In this document: piece by piece, positions 20,257 to 30,518 of the stretch
Numbering within the stretch: the stretch's first letter is position 1
How the letters are laid out: every line of letters starts with the position of its first letter
NCBI GenBank assembly: GCA_963845085.1
Contig: CAWJQI010000001.1
Location: 32,001 to 96,000 of the forward strand
Direction: 5' to 3'
Length of the DNA: 64,000 nucleotides
Source of the DNA: Candidatus Fermentibacterota bacterium
GTDB lineage: Bacteria > Fermentibacterota > Fermentibacteria > Fermentibacterales > JCC-6
Position numbers and translations under genes: made by a program
The notes under the pieces: generated by a model
Databases searched by the model: none
What the model saw: the letters and a program-made list of their open reading frames with translations, nothing else
Told to the model about the DNA's origin: nothing

Positions 20257-20348
20257 TACCTATAGCACGACATGAAACGTCGTGTACACGCCATTCTTTG
20301 TTCTCCGGTGTTTTTGAACGGTTGGAAAGGTATCCAGTTCGGAGGTGC

Positions 20349-20762
20349 TTACCTTACAATCCCTACCTGCCTGTAGAAACTCAGGAAGTCCTCCTCCCCC
20401 GTCTCCTCCAGGATGAGCCCGTCCACGATTCGGTACAGGGTCATTCCGGTCCAGGTTGTTTTGATTCCGGAGGCGGGGATGCCAAGAATGGGTGCGGAAT
20501 GGGTTCCGGTGAAGCTCCAGCGGAGCACCACCTTTTCTCCACCGTCCACCACATCAAGCACTGTTACCTCGGAGTCCGGAAAGGCTGCCCTGAAGCCCTC
20601 CATCACCCTCCTGTAAAGCCGTGGGCCGTGGATTACCATGGGTATCACGGGGTACTTCACTGTGATTTCGGGATGAGCCAGTTCCTTGATAAGGTCGAGG
20701 CTTCCCTGGCCCCAGATCTCAAGGAAGCGTTGGGCTATGTCTGCGTTTTTTGTTGCAGCCAT
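20349..20762 (-). CDS. SnoaL-like ester cyclase family protein
   Basis: FRAAFPD...GEKVVLRWSFTGTH...LGIPASG...YRIVDGLI. Confidence 0.88.
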   Translation of the reverse strand: MAATKNADIAQRFLEIWGQGSLDLIKELAHPEITVKYPVIPMVIHGPRLYRRVMEGFRAAFPDSEVTVLDVVDGGEKVVLRWSFTGTHSAPILGIPASGIKTTWTGMTLYRIVDGLILEETGEEDFLSFYRQVGIVR

Positions 20763-20822
20763 CTTCCCTCCCATCGTGTTTTCCTGCATCGGCAGAGAAG
20801 TCGGAGCGTGCTCCCCGCCCCC

Positions 20823-23186
20823 CTACCACCTCTCCGGCACACTTCTCCAGATCTGGTCGAAGGCTGCCTGCCAGCTCTTTGATTCACCGAGTTGCCTGGC
20901 CTTCTGGGCCATCGCTTTTCTTGCTGGTTCGTTGTCGGTGAGCTCAATGATCTTCTGGGCGAGGTCCGCGGCGTCCCTTCCGTGGTAGGTGAGGCCTGTT
21001 TCGTTTGGTCTGATGATCTCCTGGGGGCCGCCCATGTCGGTTACGATGGCGGGGAGGCCTGAGGCCTGTGCTTCGAGAACGCTGTTGCCGTAGGTGTCGG
21101 TGGTGGATGGGAAGACGAAGATGTCTGCGGAGGCGTATGCCTTTGAGAGGTCCTCGCCCGACATGCGGCCGGCGAGGTAGCCGCCGTTGCCGAGTATCCT
21201 GCTGCCCAGCTCTCCCATCCAGGGGCCGTCGCCGACTACGAAGAGCTCAATGTCCTGCCTGGTCTGCCTGACGATGTTGAATGCTTCGGCGAGGACGTCG
21301 AGGTCTTTTTCCCGGCTGACCCTGCCGGTGTAGAGGAGTTTTGTTGCCTCTTTGGTTCCGCCGAACTTGGTGAGGAATGCTTCGTCTCTCCACTTCGGTG
21401 AGAAGGTCTCGGGGTCGGTGCCCCTGGGGAAGGGTTCCATCTTCTTGCGGTCTACGCCGAGTGATGCGAGGTCGTCCATGTAGTAGGTGCTGGGGACCAT
21501 GACGCGGTCAACCATGCTGTAGAACCATGTCATGCCGCCCGCTGCGAACTCGCCCATCCAGGCGTCGGCCACTATCTCCCTGATGTGCCTGGGGAAGTCG
21601 GTGTGGTAGATGCCGACGGTGGGGATGCCGAGGATCTTCGCTGCCGCGATGACGGCAAAGCCCATGGGGCCGGGCGTGGAGATGTAGATCATCCCGAACT
21701 CGTTCTCCTCGAGGAACCTGAGGAGTTCGAGTATCGGGGGGATGGCGAGGGTTTTTGACGCGTAGTCGGGAACGGGGAACTCGGTCACGGGCTGGAAGTT
21801 CACAAGCCAGCCCGGGAAGGAGATCTGACGGCTCTGGCTTGTTACGAGGGCAAGCTCCTTGCCGTTGTCCATGGCGAGCCTTGCGAACCTTTGGAGGGTT
21901 CGGGAGACTCCGTTCAGGTCGTCTATGGTGTCGGTGACCCAGGCTCTTTTTTCCAAATTGTGGGCGGCGGGGGAAGCGATGTTGAGGTGCTTTGTGATGG
22001 TGTTGACCGATTCCCTGCCCCTCTTCCTGTCGAGGTAGGCTATGGGGAACGGGGCGTTGAGGAGGAATACCGGGAGCATGGCGTTGAGCGAGCCCACGGC
22101 GTCGAGCATGCGGCCCTCGCCGAACCTTGTCACCATGAGGCCGATGAACCTCTGGAGGAGGCGGTTGGTGAGGCGGTTGAGGATCTGGAAGGTGCGCTCC
22201 TCTATCCCCTCCTGGAGAAGCTCGGGGCTGCCCCTTCTGAGGTTCAGGTCACGTCCTATCTCTACGAGTTCGTCGCCGAGGAAGGTTTCGAAATCGGGTT
22301 CCCCCGACTTCTTCGCCTTCTTGAGAAGCTGGTGGAAAAGGAAGTCGGCCTTGTGCCAGAGTGTCGGTTCCTCTTCCTCAGTGTTGGTTTTCGGGCTGAA
22401 GAAGCTGTCGGCGGCCATGGTGGCGACCGAAGGGACCTTTTTGGCGTTGAGGGAGTGGCGGTAGAAGCTGTAGGCGATGGAGTAGACGGCGTATGCCGAC
22501 CTGGTGGCGGTTCCGTGTTCACCGCCGGGAACCCCCTCCCCGTTCCTTACTGCCTTCAGGAAGTCTTCTGTTGTTTTTGCCTTCGGAACCATGGTCCAGG
22601 TGAGGCCTATGAACCTTCCGCAGTGGTCGTCGCTTCCCGCGGTGCAGCCCGTGAAGCTCCGGCCCTTTATGGCTGCGGCCGTCTCGAGGGCTGCGCTGTT
22701 CTCCCACGAGGCGCGGGTGCCGTTCCTTACCTCGATGAGTTCCATCGCCTTCACAAGGTCGGTCCATTCACCGGGGGGAAGGTGCCCCCCCGGTGAGTAG
22801 AAGGGATGCGCCAGCGAGTGGGCGATTTGTTGGTCCCTGAGGTATTCGAGGAGTTCGAAGCCCCTTTCCCTCAGGGCTGATATCCTGTCGTGCTGTTGGT
22901 GGTCGATGCCGTAGACCAGGATGTGAACCATGCTCTTGCTCTCGGGCATTACCATGGCCACCTCTTCGCTCATGAACACCCCGGGAAGGCCATTTATCTT
23001 CATGACGCCGTCGATGGTGTTCATGTCGGTTATGGTGACGAAGTCCATGCCGCGCGAGCGGGCCTGCTCGTACACGAGTTCGGGGGGTGTGAAGCTCTCG
23101 GGAGCCTTGAGGGCCCGTAGTATCCAGCGCGCCGAAGTGGTTGAGGCGCTGGAATGAACGTGCATGTCACATTTCCGTGAAGTCAC
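20823..23186 (-). CDS. PHP domain + GT4 glycosyltransferase fusion
   Basis: DMHVHS, FVTITD, AHP, GSDDH at the N-terminus; GIYHTDFP, GRVSREK, DTYGNSVLEAQASGLP at the C-terminus. Confidence 0.9.
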   Translation of the reverse strand: MTSRKCDMHVHSSASTTSARWILRALKAPESFTPPELVYEQARSRGMDFVTITDMNTIDGVMKINGLPGVFMSEEVAMVMPESKSMVHILVYGIDHQQHDRISALRERGFELLEYLRDQQIAHSLAHPFYSPGGHLPPGEWTDLVKAMELIEVRNGTRASWENSAALETAAAIKGRSFTGCTAGSDDHCGRFIGLTWTMVPKAKTTEDFLKAVRNGEGVPGGEHGTATRSAYAVYSIAYSFYRHSLNAKKVPSVATMAADSFFSPKTNTEEEEPTLWHKADFLFHQLLKKAKKSGEPDFETFLGDELVEIGRDLNLRRGSPELLQEGIEERTFQILNRLTNRLLQRFIGLMVTRFGEGRMLDAVGSLNAMLPVFLLNAPFPIAYLDRKRGRESVNTITKHLNIASPAAHNLEKRAWVTDTIDDLNGVSRTLQRFARLAMDNGKELALVTSQSRQISFPGWLVNFQPVTEFPVPDYASKTLAIPPILELLRFLEENEFGMIYISTPGPMGFAVIAAAKILGIPTVGIYHTDFPRHIREIVADAWMGEFAAGGMTWFYSMVDRVMVPSTYYMDDLASLGVDRKKMEPFPRGTDPETFSPKWRDEAFLTKFGGTKEATKLLYTGRVSREKDLDVLAEAFNIVRQTRQDIELFVVGDGPWMGELGSRILGNGGYLAGRMSGEDLSKAYASADIFVFPSTTDTYGNSVLEAQASGLPAIVTDMGGPQEIIRPNETGLTYHGRDAADLAQKIIELTDNEPARKAMAQKARQLGESKSWQAAFDQIWRSVPERW

Positions 23187-23223
23187 TGCGCACCTTCCTG
23201 TTTATTCGTGAAGATACAACCCG

Positions 23224-24216
23224 TCAGCGATCCAGTGCAATGATACCCTGCGGGCCCTCTCCCCCTGCAGTCAGGGTGTCCTCCACGCTGAAGTCGGCCG
23301 GGCTGAGCACCCTCACGCAGTTGCCCCCGAAGTCGGTGGCGTAGATGCTGTTCTCGAGGTACGCGAGGCAGGTCGAACTGAAGCCCGTATCAACCCAGTT
23401 GAAATCCCCGCTCTCAGTGTAGACGAGGAGCTGGTTGCCGCTCCATCCGTTGGGGCTGATGAATCCGTCTGGTGTCCTGACCGGCTCGCCGGGGGTGCCG
23501 CCCGTGCTGATCTGCTGTGTTATCTGCATTGTCACGGGGTCGATGATGGAGATGGAACCGTCGTTGGCGTAGGTGGTGGCCCCCACGTGGACCATGCCAG
23601 TCTCCGGGATTGCCCTTGCCCACGTGGTGTTGATGCCTGTGTCCAGCCAGGCCAGGCTGTCACCAGTTGCCGCATCCAGCACCGTTACGCCGCCGGGGCT
23701 TGTGGTCTCGGGCCAGCTTCCGTGGGTGACGAAGATGCGTCCGTTGCTGTACGCGATGCCCGATGGGTTTGCAGGCACATCCCACTGGTTGGTGACGGTG
23801 AGGTCCGTAAGGCTTGCTTCGGCCACCTTGGAGGTAAGCAGAAGGGTTATGTAGACAACGTCGTCATTCCTGGCAACGCCGTAGGGGTTGCTGCCCACGG
23901 GAAAGTAGATGGTGGCGTCGACTGTGCCGCCCTGCTCCGAGTCGAAAAGCCTGAGATCGGCGTCCAGTGAGCTCAGGACAGCGAAGCGGCCGTCGCCGAT
24001 GTCGATGATGGCATTGGGCGTGTTGCCGGAGAGCCAGCAGGTCTGAACGAGGCTGTCGGACTTGGGGAACCATGCGTCCACGGTGTTGGACATGCCGTTG
24101 TACCAGACAACGATGTCGCCGGCGGGGTTCTCGTTCTGCGACGGCCCGGTGTTGTCACGGCAGCCCGTGGTGAGGGTTACTGCAAGGGTGGCAAGGATCA
24201 GCGCGATTCTTCTCAT
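23224..24216 (-). CDS. YncE/BtuG-like beta-propeller lipoprotein
   Basis: Lipobox LTTGC; repeated GxxPxxI blade motifs; downstream of the TonB receptor. Confidence 0.72.
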   Translation of the reverse strand: MRRIALILATLAVTLTTGCRDNTGPSQNENPAGDIVVWYNGMSNTVDAWFPKSDSLVQTCWLSGNTPNAIIDIGDGRFAVLSSLDADLRLFDSEQGGTVDATIYFPVGSNPYGVARNDDVVYITLLLTSKVAEASLTDLTVTNQWDVPANPSGIAYSNGRIFVTHGSWPETTSPGGVTVLDAATGDSLAWLDTGINTTWARAIPETGMVHVGATTYANDGSISIIDPVTMQITQQISTGGTPGEPVRTPDGFISPNGWSGNQLLVYTESGDFNWVDTGFSSTCLAYLENSIYATDFGGNCVRVLSPADFSVEDTLTAGGEGPQGIIALDR

Positions 24217-26072
24217 CTTCGTTCTCCGGTCCCGATGGTTATGCCGAACGTTCTCGGCCTGCCGCGGTACCCGCCGGATTCCTCGTAGTCGGTTCCGGCG
24301 GCGTTGGTGACCCACGCCGCAAGCCTGGTCACCCCGATGGGGAACGCGGCGCTGGCGTCGAGTATCAGATAGGGTTCGAGGCTTTCCGTCTCGGTCCTGT
24401 TGGTGAACCTCCTGCCCTGGCCGGAGAGCGAGAGCTCGAACTCCATGCTTCAGCGTTGCCAGGGTTAAATGGCCTCCTCCGGTGATTTGCGGCCTGTAGG
24501 GAATGAGCATGCCCTCCCTTGTCGTTCCGGGCGTCTCGTCGGTGGCCGTTGCGAAGGTCACGTTGCCCCCGATTCTGAACGGACCGGCGGTTGCCGCCGC
24601 TTCGAGCTCGACCCCCCTTGAAAGGCTGCTTGCGGTGTTTTCCGGAACCCAGATGCCGTCCCCGTCGGGAAGCCAGAGTATCAGCCGTTTTGTGTCGGTG
24701 ATGAAGCCGGTTGCGCAGAGGGCTGTATTGCCTGCGGTGATGTATCTGAGGCCTGCCTCGGCCCCGATGGACGTCTGGGGAAGGAGGTCGGGGTTGCCCC
24801 GGGCGAAGGCGTCGGAGGGCCAGTAAAGGTCGTTGAACGTGGGAACCGTTGCGTCACGGGAGACCGCTGCCCAGGGAATGATCGTTCCCGAGCCGCTGAA
24901 CCGCTGCCCTGGCGTTCCACCACGGTTCTCCGTCGGTTGCTCCGCCCCTGAGCCAGATTGAGGCTGTCCGGTTCTCCCACCCCACTGCGCTCCATGGTGT
25001 TATTCTGAAGTGGCTGCCGGAGGCGGAGCTTTCCAGGCCGCGCCACTGGATACCCGAGCGCGCTGCCAGTGGTCCCAGTGTGAAGGCGGCCTCCGCGTCG
25101 GCCCCGAAGTCGGTGTGTCTGTCGTCCTGAACCTGGGGAACGGTGCTCTTGAAGGCCATGCCCCCCGCTCCCGCCCTTAGCGTGACGGGGCCTGCGCCCC
25201 CCCAGAACTCAAGCTGGCCCTGGCGCCTTGTGGCGTCGGTTGCGAGGGTCCAGTCCGGCGATTCGGTCTCACCGTCGGCCCCGGTTGCCAGGATGCCCCA
25301 GTTGCCGTTCGAGAGAATTGATGTCAGTGCGTACGCCGTGCTGCCTTCGGCGCCCACCGACCTTTTGAGCGAGATGCCGAGGCGGCCCGGGCGTGATGTC
25401 TCCGTTGTAACCCACCCTCGCGCCCCCCCTGTGGTCGGCTTCGGCGAACAGCCGCCAGGGGCTGCCGGCGGCTTCCGTCCTGTAGTTGAAGAAGCCTGCC
25501 ATGCCCCCGCCCACGGCAGTTGAGCCCCCCCTTCCCACCTCAAGCGCGCCGAACACGGCCGGGTCGGAAAGCCCTGCGGGCAGGCCGTCACGCGCGGTCT
25601 CTACGGGATGGCCGTCTATCATCCATCTGGAATGCCCGGGGTCGGCCCCGCGTGACGACAGCGAGATGACGGGCATGGCGCCGCCGTACTCCCTTGCCGC
25701 AATGCCGGGGGTGAGTTTTGCAAGGGCCCTGGAGCCAGTTCTTGCAAGGTCCTGAAGCTCGTTTGAGCCAAGGGTTACAACGGATGGGACCGATGCCCTG
25801 AAGGATGAGCCCCGTGCAGCCACGAGGATCACGCCGCCCGACGAGACCGGGAAGGGTTGCAGGATTGCCGTGTTCTCTTCCGGGCTGCCCGTCCAGTCCC
25901 TGAAGCCGGTGGCGTGGACGGTTATGCGGCCGGGCTCGTCACCCGTCGGTTCGTACCGGCCGTAACTGTCGGTCTGCCCGTACCATGCGCCGTCCCAGCC
26001 GACCCATGCGCCGGGAACGGGTTCACCTGCGGGGTCGGTGACAAGCAGCGAGGCCATGAGGAAGAGAAGCAT
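24213..26072 (-). CDS. TonB-dependent receptor, BtuB-like (multiple frameshifts)
   Basis: Carboxypeptidase-regulatory-like N-terminus; plug PGI...SRG...IDGHPV...LEVGRGG; VPTFNDLYWP...GNPDLLPQ; C-terminal GYRGRPRTF; under a B12 riboswitch. Confidence 0.8.
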
Positions 26073-26157
26073 AAAAAAAACCGCCCTTCATTCGCTGCCG
26101 CGAATGCAGGACGGCCGGCGCGAACCCTGAAGCGGGGTTCAATACACCGTGCAGCCC

Positions 26158-26325
26158 GGGGGTGAGTATCCTGACTTCCGGATCGGCCCTTGCTCCGCCT
26201 TCCCAGCCCTTTGCGGCCAGTGGCATCTGGAGTTCGGTACCCGGTTACAGTGGCGCTACCGTGACGGAATTACACCGTCTTCCTGCACCCGCGGCAAACG
26301 AACATACCGGGGGGATCCGCCGGGG
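26158..26325 (-). ncRNA. Cobalamin riboswitch
   Basis: Minus strand AGGAAGACGGTGTAATTCCGTCACGG..CGCCACTGTAA...GCCACTG...GGGAAGGC...AAGTCAGGATACT, upstream of the TonB receptor. Confidence 0.9.
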
Positions 26326-26331
26326 TCAACT

Positions 26332-27237
26332 TCAGCCAGTGACCACCCTGTTCCGGCCTTCTTCCTTGCCCCGGTACATGAGGGCGTCGGCCCTCTTTAC
26401 AACCGACACCTCGTCGTCGCCGGGCAGAGCCAGGGTGGCGCCGATCGACACAGTCACCGGAATGGCCTCGTTATCGCATACGGCACGGGTTGCGGCCACG
26501 AGGTTCCTGAGCCTCTCCGCGATCTCGGTGAGGTTTTCCGATGCCAGGTGCGGGAAGACGCCGAGAAACTCCTCTCCCCCCCACCGGCCCACGGTGTCGA
26601 ACGGCCTCACCGAGCCAAGGAGCGTTCTTGCCACCGTGGTCAGAACCCTGTCGCCCGCATGGTGGCCGAAGCGGTCGTTCACGTCCTTGAAGCGGTCGAT
26701 GTCGATGAACAGGATGCCGAACGGTATCCCGTTCCGCTTCATGGCAGCCACTCTCGCAGACACCACGGCCTCGAGCTGCCTTCTGTTGGGCAGGCCCGTG
26801 AGGTTGTCGGCGAGGGAGAGCCTTTTCAACTCCCCGATCTCTTCAAGAAGGTTCTCCCGGGAGCCTGATTCGGTGAATATCTCTACCCCGAGGGTTGATC
26901 CGTCCCCGAGCACCAGGCTCATGGTCTGAACGTTCACGGCCACCCTGTGCCCCTCGCGGTGGTGAAGGAAGACCCTTGCCCTCCTCTGCTGCGAATCCGA
27001 CAGGGTGGCGGCCAGGGGGCAGCACCCCATGCAGAGCTCGCGGCCCGCATCGTCCACGTGCACAAGGATGTTGTCGGCGCACCTCTTGCCGAGAACCTCC
27101 GATTCGCTGTAGCCCGTTATCCGCTCGGCTGCGGCGTTCCAAAGCACGACGGTGCGGTTGCTGTCGACCATGTAAACCCCCTCGTTGATGGCTTCGAGGA
27201 GGGCTTTCATAACGTTGCCGGGCACGGGGTCAGACAT
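26332..27237 (-). CDS. PAS-GGDEF diguanylate cyclase
   Basis: PAS (WNAAAERITGY), DNLTGLPNRR, DIDRFKDVND, RWGGEEF. Confidence 0.93.
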   Translation of the reverse strand: MSDPVPGNVMKALLEAINEGVYMVDSNRTVVLWNAAAERITGYSESEVLGKRCADNILVHVDDAGRELCMGCCPLAATLSDSQQRRARVFLHHREGHRVAVNVQTMSLVLGDGSTLGVEIFTESGSRENLLEEIGELKRLSLADNLTGLPNRRQLEAVVSARVAAMKRNGIPFGILFIDIDRFKDVNDRFGHHAGDRVLTTVARTLLGSVRPFDTVGRWGGEEFLGVFPHLASENLTEIAERLRNLVAATRAVCDNEAIPVTVSIGATLALPGDDEVSVVKRADALMYRGKEEGRNRVVTG

Positions 27238-28192
27238 GGTTCCTCAGCATGAGTTCCGTTGGATGGGGGTTCAGGTAGTACTGCCCCTCGAGGTAGGCCG
27301 AACCGTGCATCATGATGTGGTGTTTGAGAAGCGTTATGGGAACGACAAGCGGGACAAGGCCCCTGTGATAGTCACCGAAAACGGCTGCAAGTTCGGCCTT
27401 TTCCCGCGGGTCAAGCACCTTCTTGAAGTAGCCGGCGATGTGCTCGAGAACGTTCGTGTTCTTCTTCACCGTGGCCTTCAGGGCGAGCGTCTGCATGAGC
27501 TTCCCGCGGTATGCAGCGGAAAGCGCGCCGATAGCGTCGTTCGAAGCCACGATGCGGCCGAGCTCGACAAGGCCCGAAGGGCTGTGGGCCATCAGGATGA
27601 GCTTGTGCCTGGTGTGGAACTCGACCAGGCTTCGGCGGGTCACACCACCGGCCTCCATGGAAAGCCACCTGTGGGTCACGAAGAGCCTCTCTATGAAATT
27701 CTCCCTGATGCCGTCGTCGTTTAGCCTGCCCTCTTCCTCTATCGGGAGAAGGGGAAATGCCTCGATGAAGGCGCGGGCGAAAACGCCCACACCGGTTTTC
27801 GTGACGCCGCCATTTTCTGTGTAGACCTTTACGCTCTTCATCCCCGAACTGGGCGACCTGCTCTTGAAAATGAACCCGCAGAGCGGGAGCTTTTCCAATT
27901 CGGCGATCTTCCGGCCGGCCCAGGATGACATTGCGGGCGTGATGTCCTTCATCGTTTTCTGCGTGAGCAGCCTGACGCTCCCCCCAACCTCCACAAGCCT
28001 CATGGCCTCGCGGGGAACCGGCAGGCCGCACTCTACCTCCGGGCAGACCGGCACGAAGGTGACGAACGAACCAAGCCTGTCGTGAAGAAAATGGTCGAGC
28101 TTGTGACCGCCGTCGTAACGGACCCTGTTGCCGAGAAGACAGGAGCTTATCCCGACAAGCGGGGTGTCACCGGGACCAGAAATCGCGTTCAA
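27230..28192 (-). CDS. DUF523/DUF1722 (YbgA-like) protein
   Basis: GISSCLLGNRVRYDGGHK, CPEVECGL, KSRSPS, FHTRHKLILMAH. Confidence 0.9.
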   Translation of the reverse strand: MNAISGPGDTPLVGISSCLLGNRVRYDGGHKLDHFLHDRLGSFVTFVPVCPEVECGLPVPREAMRLVEVGGSVRLLTQKTMKDITPAMSSWAGRKIAELEKLPLCGFIFKSRSPSSGMKSVKVYTENGGVTKTGVGVFARAFIEAFPLLPIEEEGRLNDDGIRENFIERLFVTHRWLSMEAGGVTRRSLVEFHTRHKLILMAHSPSGLVELGRIVASNDAIGALSAAYRGKLMQTLALKATVKKNTNVLEHIAGYFKKVLDPREKAELAAVFGDYHRGLVPLVVPITLLKHHIMMHGSAYLEGQYYLNPHPTELMLRNHV

Positions 28193-29478
28193 AGCGTTTC
28201 CCTTCCGCGAATGCGAGAGCCTGGCTTATTGAATGGTCCATGTTGTTGTACCAGAACGAACCGCACCGGCCGAGAAGGATCAGGTTTCCGGGCAGCGCAA
28301 TCGAGGAAAGCCTTTCCCGGTAGCTTCTGTCATAGATGGGATAGGTTTCCCTGACCAGCCGCCAGTCCACGAATTCCACCTGGCTCTCCCTCAGGGCGCC
28401 GACGCTCGCGAGCTGGCCGAGCAGCCCGGCCTGTATGCCTTCAAGCCCCCCGGCGAGCCTCCCGTCGTCTACCGTTATCTCGACGCAGATGGAGTCGGCC
28501 CCCGCAGGCACGGTGTTCGAGCGGAAGTGCCTCGGTATCGTGGTCCTGCTGAAGGAGAGGTCTTCCTGGCCGAAGTAGCACCACTGGTAATCGTTCGATT
28601 CGTTCACTTCGCGGAGGCCGATGTTGGCCACGAGGGTGTGGATGAACGAGAAGCCGGCCCCGGGAAAAAGAAGGCTGAGCGGTGCGCTCCAGAAGACGCG
28701 GTCGGCCTCGAGAACGGCCCCTCCGCCCATTGTCACTCCCCGGACTTCGCCCCCGTCCTGAACGATACCCTCTGCGGGTATCCCGGTCATGAGAGCTCCT
28801 CCGGCCCTCTGCACAAGGCTGGACTGAATGTCACAAAAACTCTGTATCCCGCCTTCCGAAGGGTAGTAGAATATCGTGTGCACAGGCCTTGGCGCCAGCA
28901 TTCCGATGAACAGCGAGTAGAGCGTGTCGGCCTTCACACGCTTGTCGATCACGGCCCTGTTCACCCCTGCTTCGGCCCAGTCCGGGTGCATGAGCTCGGG
29001 GTCCATGCCGGCGAATTTCCGGGTGTACCCCTCGAAGAAGAAACGGTAGAGGTTGTCGCCGTAGCGGGAGCGGATGAAGTCGGCGAAGGAGTTCACCTCG
29101 CCCGCCGTCTTTCTCGAAAGCATGTCGCGCATGCTTCTGAGGAGGACGGACGGGGGCAGCCCGGCAAGCGAGGCCAGGGAAAGGGGCCAGTCCGCGGTAG
29201 CGTCCCGCCATGAAAACGCTGCTCTTCCTTGGAATGGTGATGTACCTTGTTCCAAGGATGTGCTTGAGATACGTGTCGACCTGTCCGTCGGCCGTGTGGA
29301 ACCTGTGGGGGCCTATGTCGAAATGAAAGCCTTCGATGGAAAAGGTTCGCGCGAGCCCGCCGGGGCTCTCCTCCCTCTCCACGATGACTATCTCGTCGGT
29401 GCACCCCTGCGAGAGAAGCCTTTCGGCAAGGGTGAGCCCCGCGACCCCGGCGCCCACTATCACGGTCCTACCGGTCAT
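28167..29478 (-). CDS. FAD-dependent oxidoreductase (protoporphyrinogen oxidase/UDP-galactopyranose mutase-like), frameshift near 29200
   Basis: IVGAGVAGL, GGLART, FDIGPHRF; C-terminal GRCGSFWYNNMDHSI. Confidence 0.85.
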
Positions 29479-30451
29479 TCGATCCCCCTCTGAAGCAGAG
29501 AAGATACAAACCGCCGAGGATCATGAGAAGAACCGCGAAAAGCATCCAGAGAAGGTGCATCGTGAAACCGGCCTGGATCACCCCGAGGCCGGGGGAAAGC
29601 TCGCCTGTGACACCCACGGCTGCAAAGCCGGCGGTCCAGCCGGCTTCCAGCGTCCCGAGGCCGAAGAGCCCGTGCACCGGCATGGCCAGTGTTGCGTCGG
29701 TTACGGCGCCGGCCACAAGGACCTTCCAGACCGGTTTGAAATCAACGCCCATCGACCTGAGAATGAAGACGAACATCACGAGCTTGAAACTCCAGGCGAG
29801 AAGGCTGAGGGCAAAGGATGCCGCCAGGCGGGAGCGCCTGCCTGCGCCGACCCTCACGGCCCTTGTCATGTTGTCGTATCCCGCCCTGAAGCGGCCGCCG
29901 AACAGAAGCTCGAAGGGCTTCCGCATGATTATGAAAAGCCTCGGGAGCAACAGGATGGAAAGCATTGATCCGATGCCGATCAGGGCCGCGGCAAGCGCGG
30001 TCGACCCGCTCAGCCCGCCCGCAACCGCGCAGCTGACCAGGGTGCCCATGGCGGCCATGTCAAGAAGCTTTGAGAGAACGACCGTTGCGGCGCCCCTTCC
30101 GATGGGAAGGCTGCCGTACAGCCGGAACAGCCCCACAAGCGCGGGGTCGGCAAGGCGAAGCGGAAGAAGGTGCCCCAGCCCCACATGCACGGCGTTCAGG
30201 GGGATGGTGTCGCTCATCGAAATGGGCTGCTCCCAGCTGAGCAGTTTCCAGCGCCACGCCCTGACGATCTGGCTTGCAATGAAAAGCGAAAGGGCCACGC
30301 CAAGAAGTGCCTTGTCCGCACTGGCTGCCGCCTGGACGATCCGGCGCACGGCCTCGCCCGGGTCACCTCCCCTGTTCAGGAGAAAAAAGGTCAGAACGCC
30401 CCCGGTGGCGACGGCAAGCATGATCCGAAGTGTTCTGCCTTCGATGCGCAA
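29468..30451 (-). CDS. Lysylphosphatidylglycerol synthase TM-domain (UPF0104) membrane protein
   Basis: RAWRWKLL, LLPLRLAD, GLGTLEAGW; multiple TM helices. Confidence 0.8.
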   Translation of the reverse strand: MRIEGRTLRIMLAVATGGVLTFFLLNRGGDPGEAVRRIVQAAASADKALLGVALSLFIASQIVRAWRWKLLSWEQPISMSDTIPLNAVHVGLGHLLPLRLADPALVGLFRLYGSLPIGRGAATVVLSKLLDMAAMGTLVSCAVAGGLSGSTALAAALIGIGSMLSILLLPRLFIIMRKPFELLFGGRFRAGYDNMTRAVRVGAGRRSRLAASFALSLLAWSFKLVMFVFILRSMGVDFKPVWKVLVAGAVTDATLAMPVHGLFGLGTLEAGWTAGFAAVGVTGELSPGLGVIQAGFTMHLLWMLFAVLLMILGGLYLLCFRGGSNDR

Positions 30452-30518
30452 GATGCCTCCCGGGGTTGTGAAGCGGTAATATAGGCGTGGAAAGACCCCA
30501 CGCCTTCGTGATTCCGCG

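Noticed and set aside
20180..20348. tRNA or tmRNA integration site at the island boundary
   Set aside because: No cloverleaf or T-loop/CCA pattern seen.
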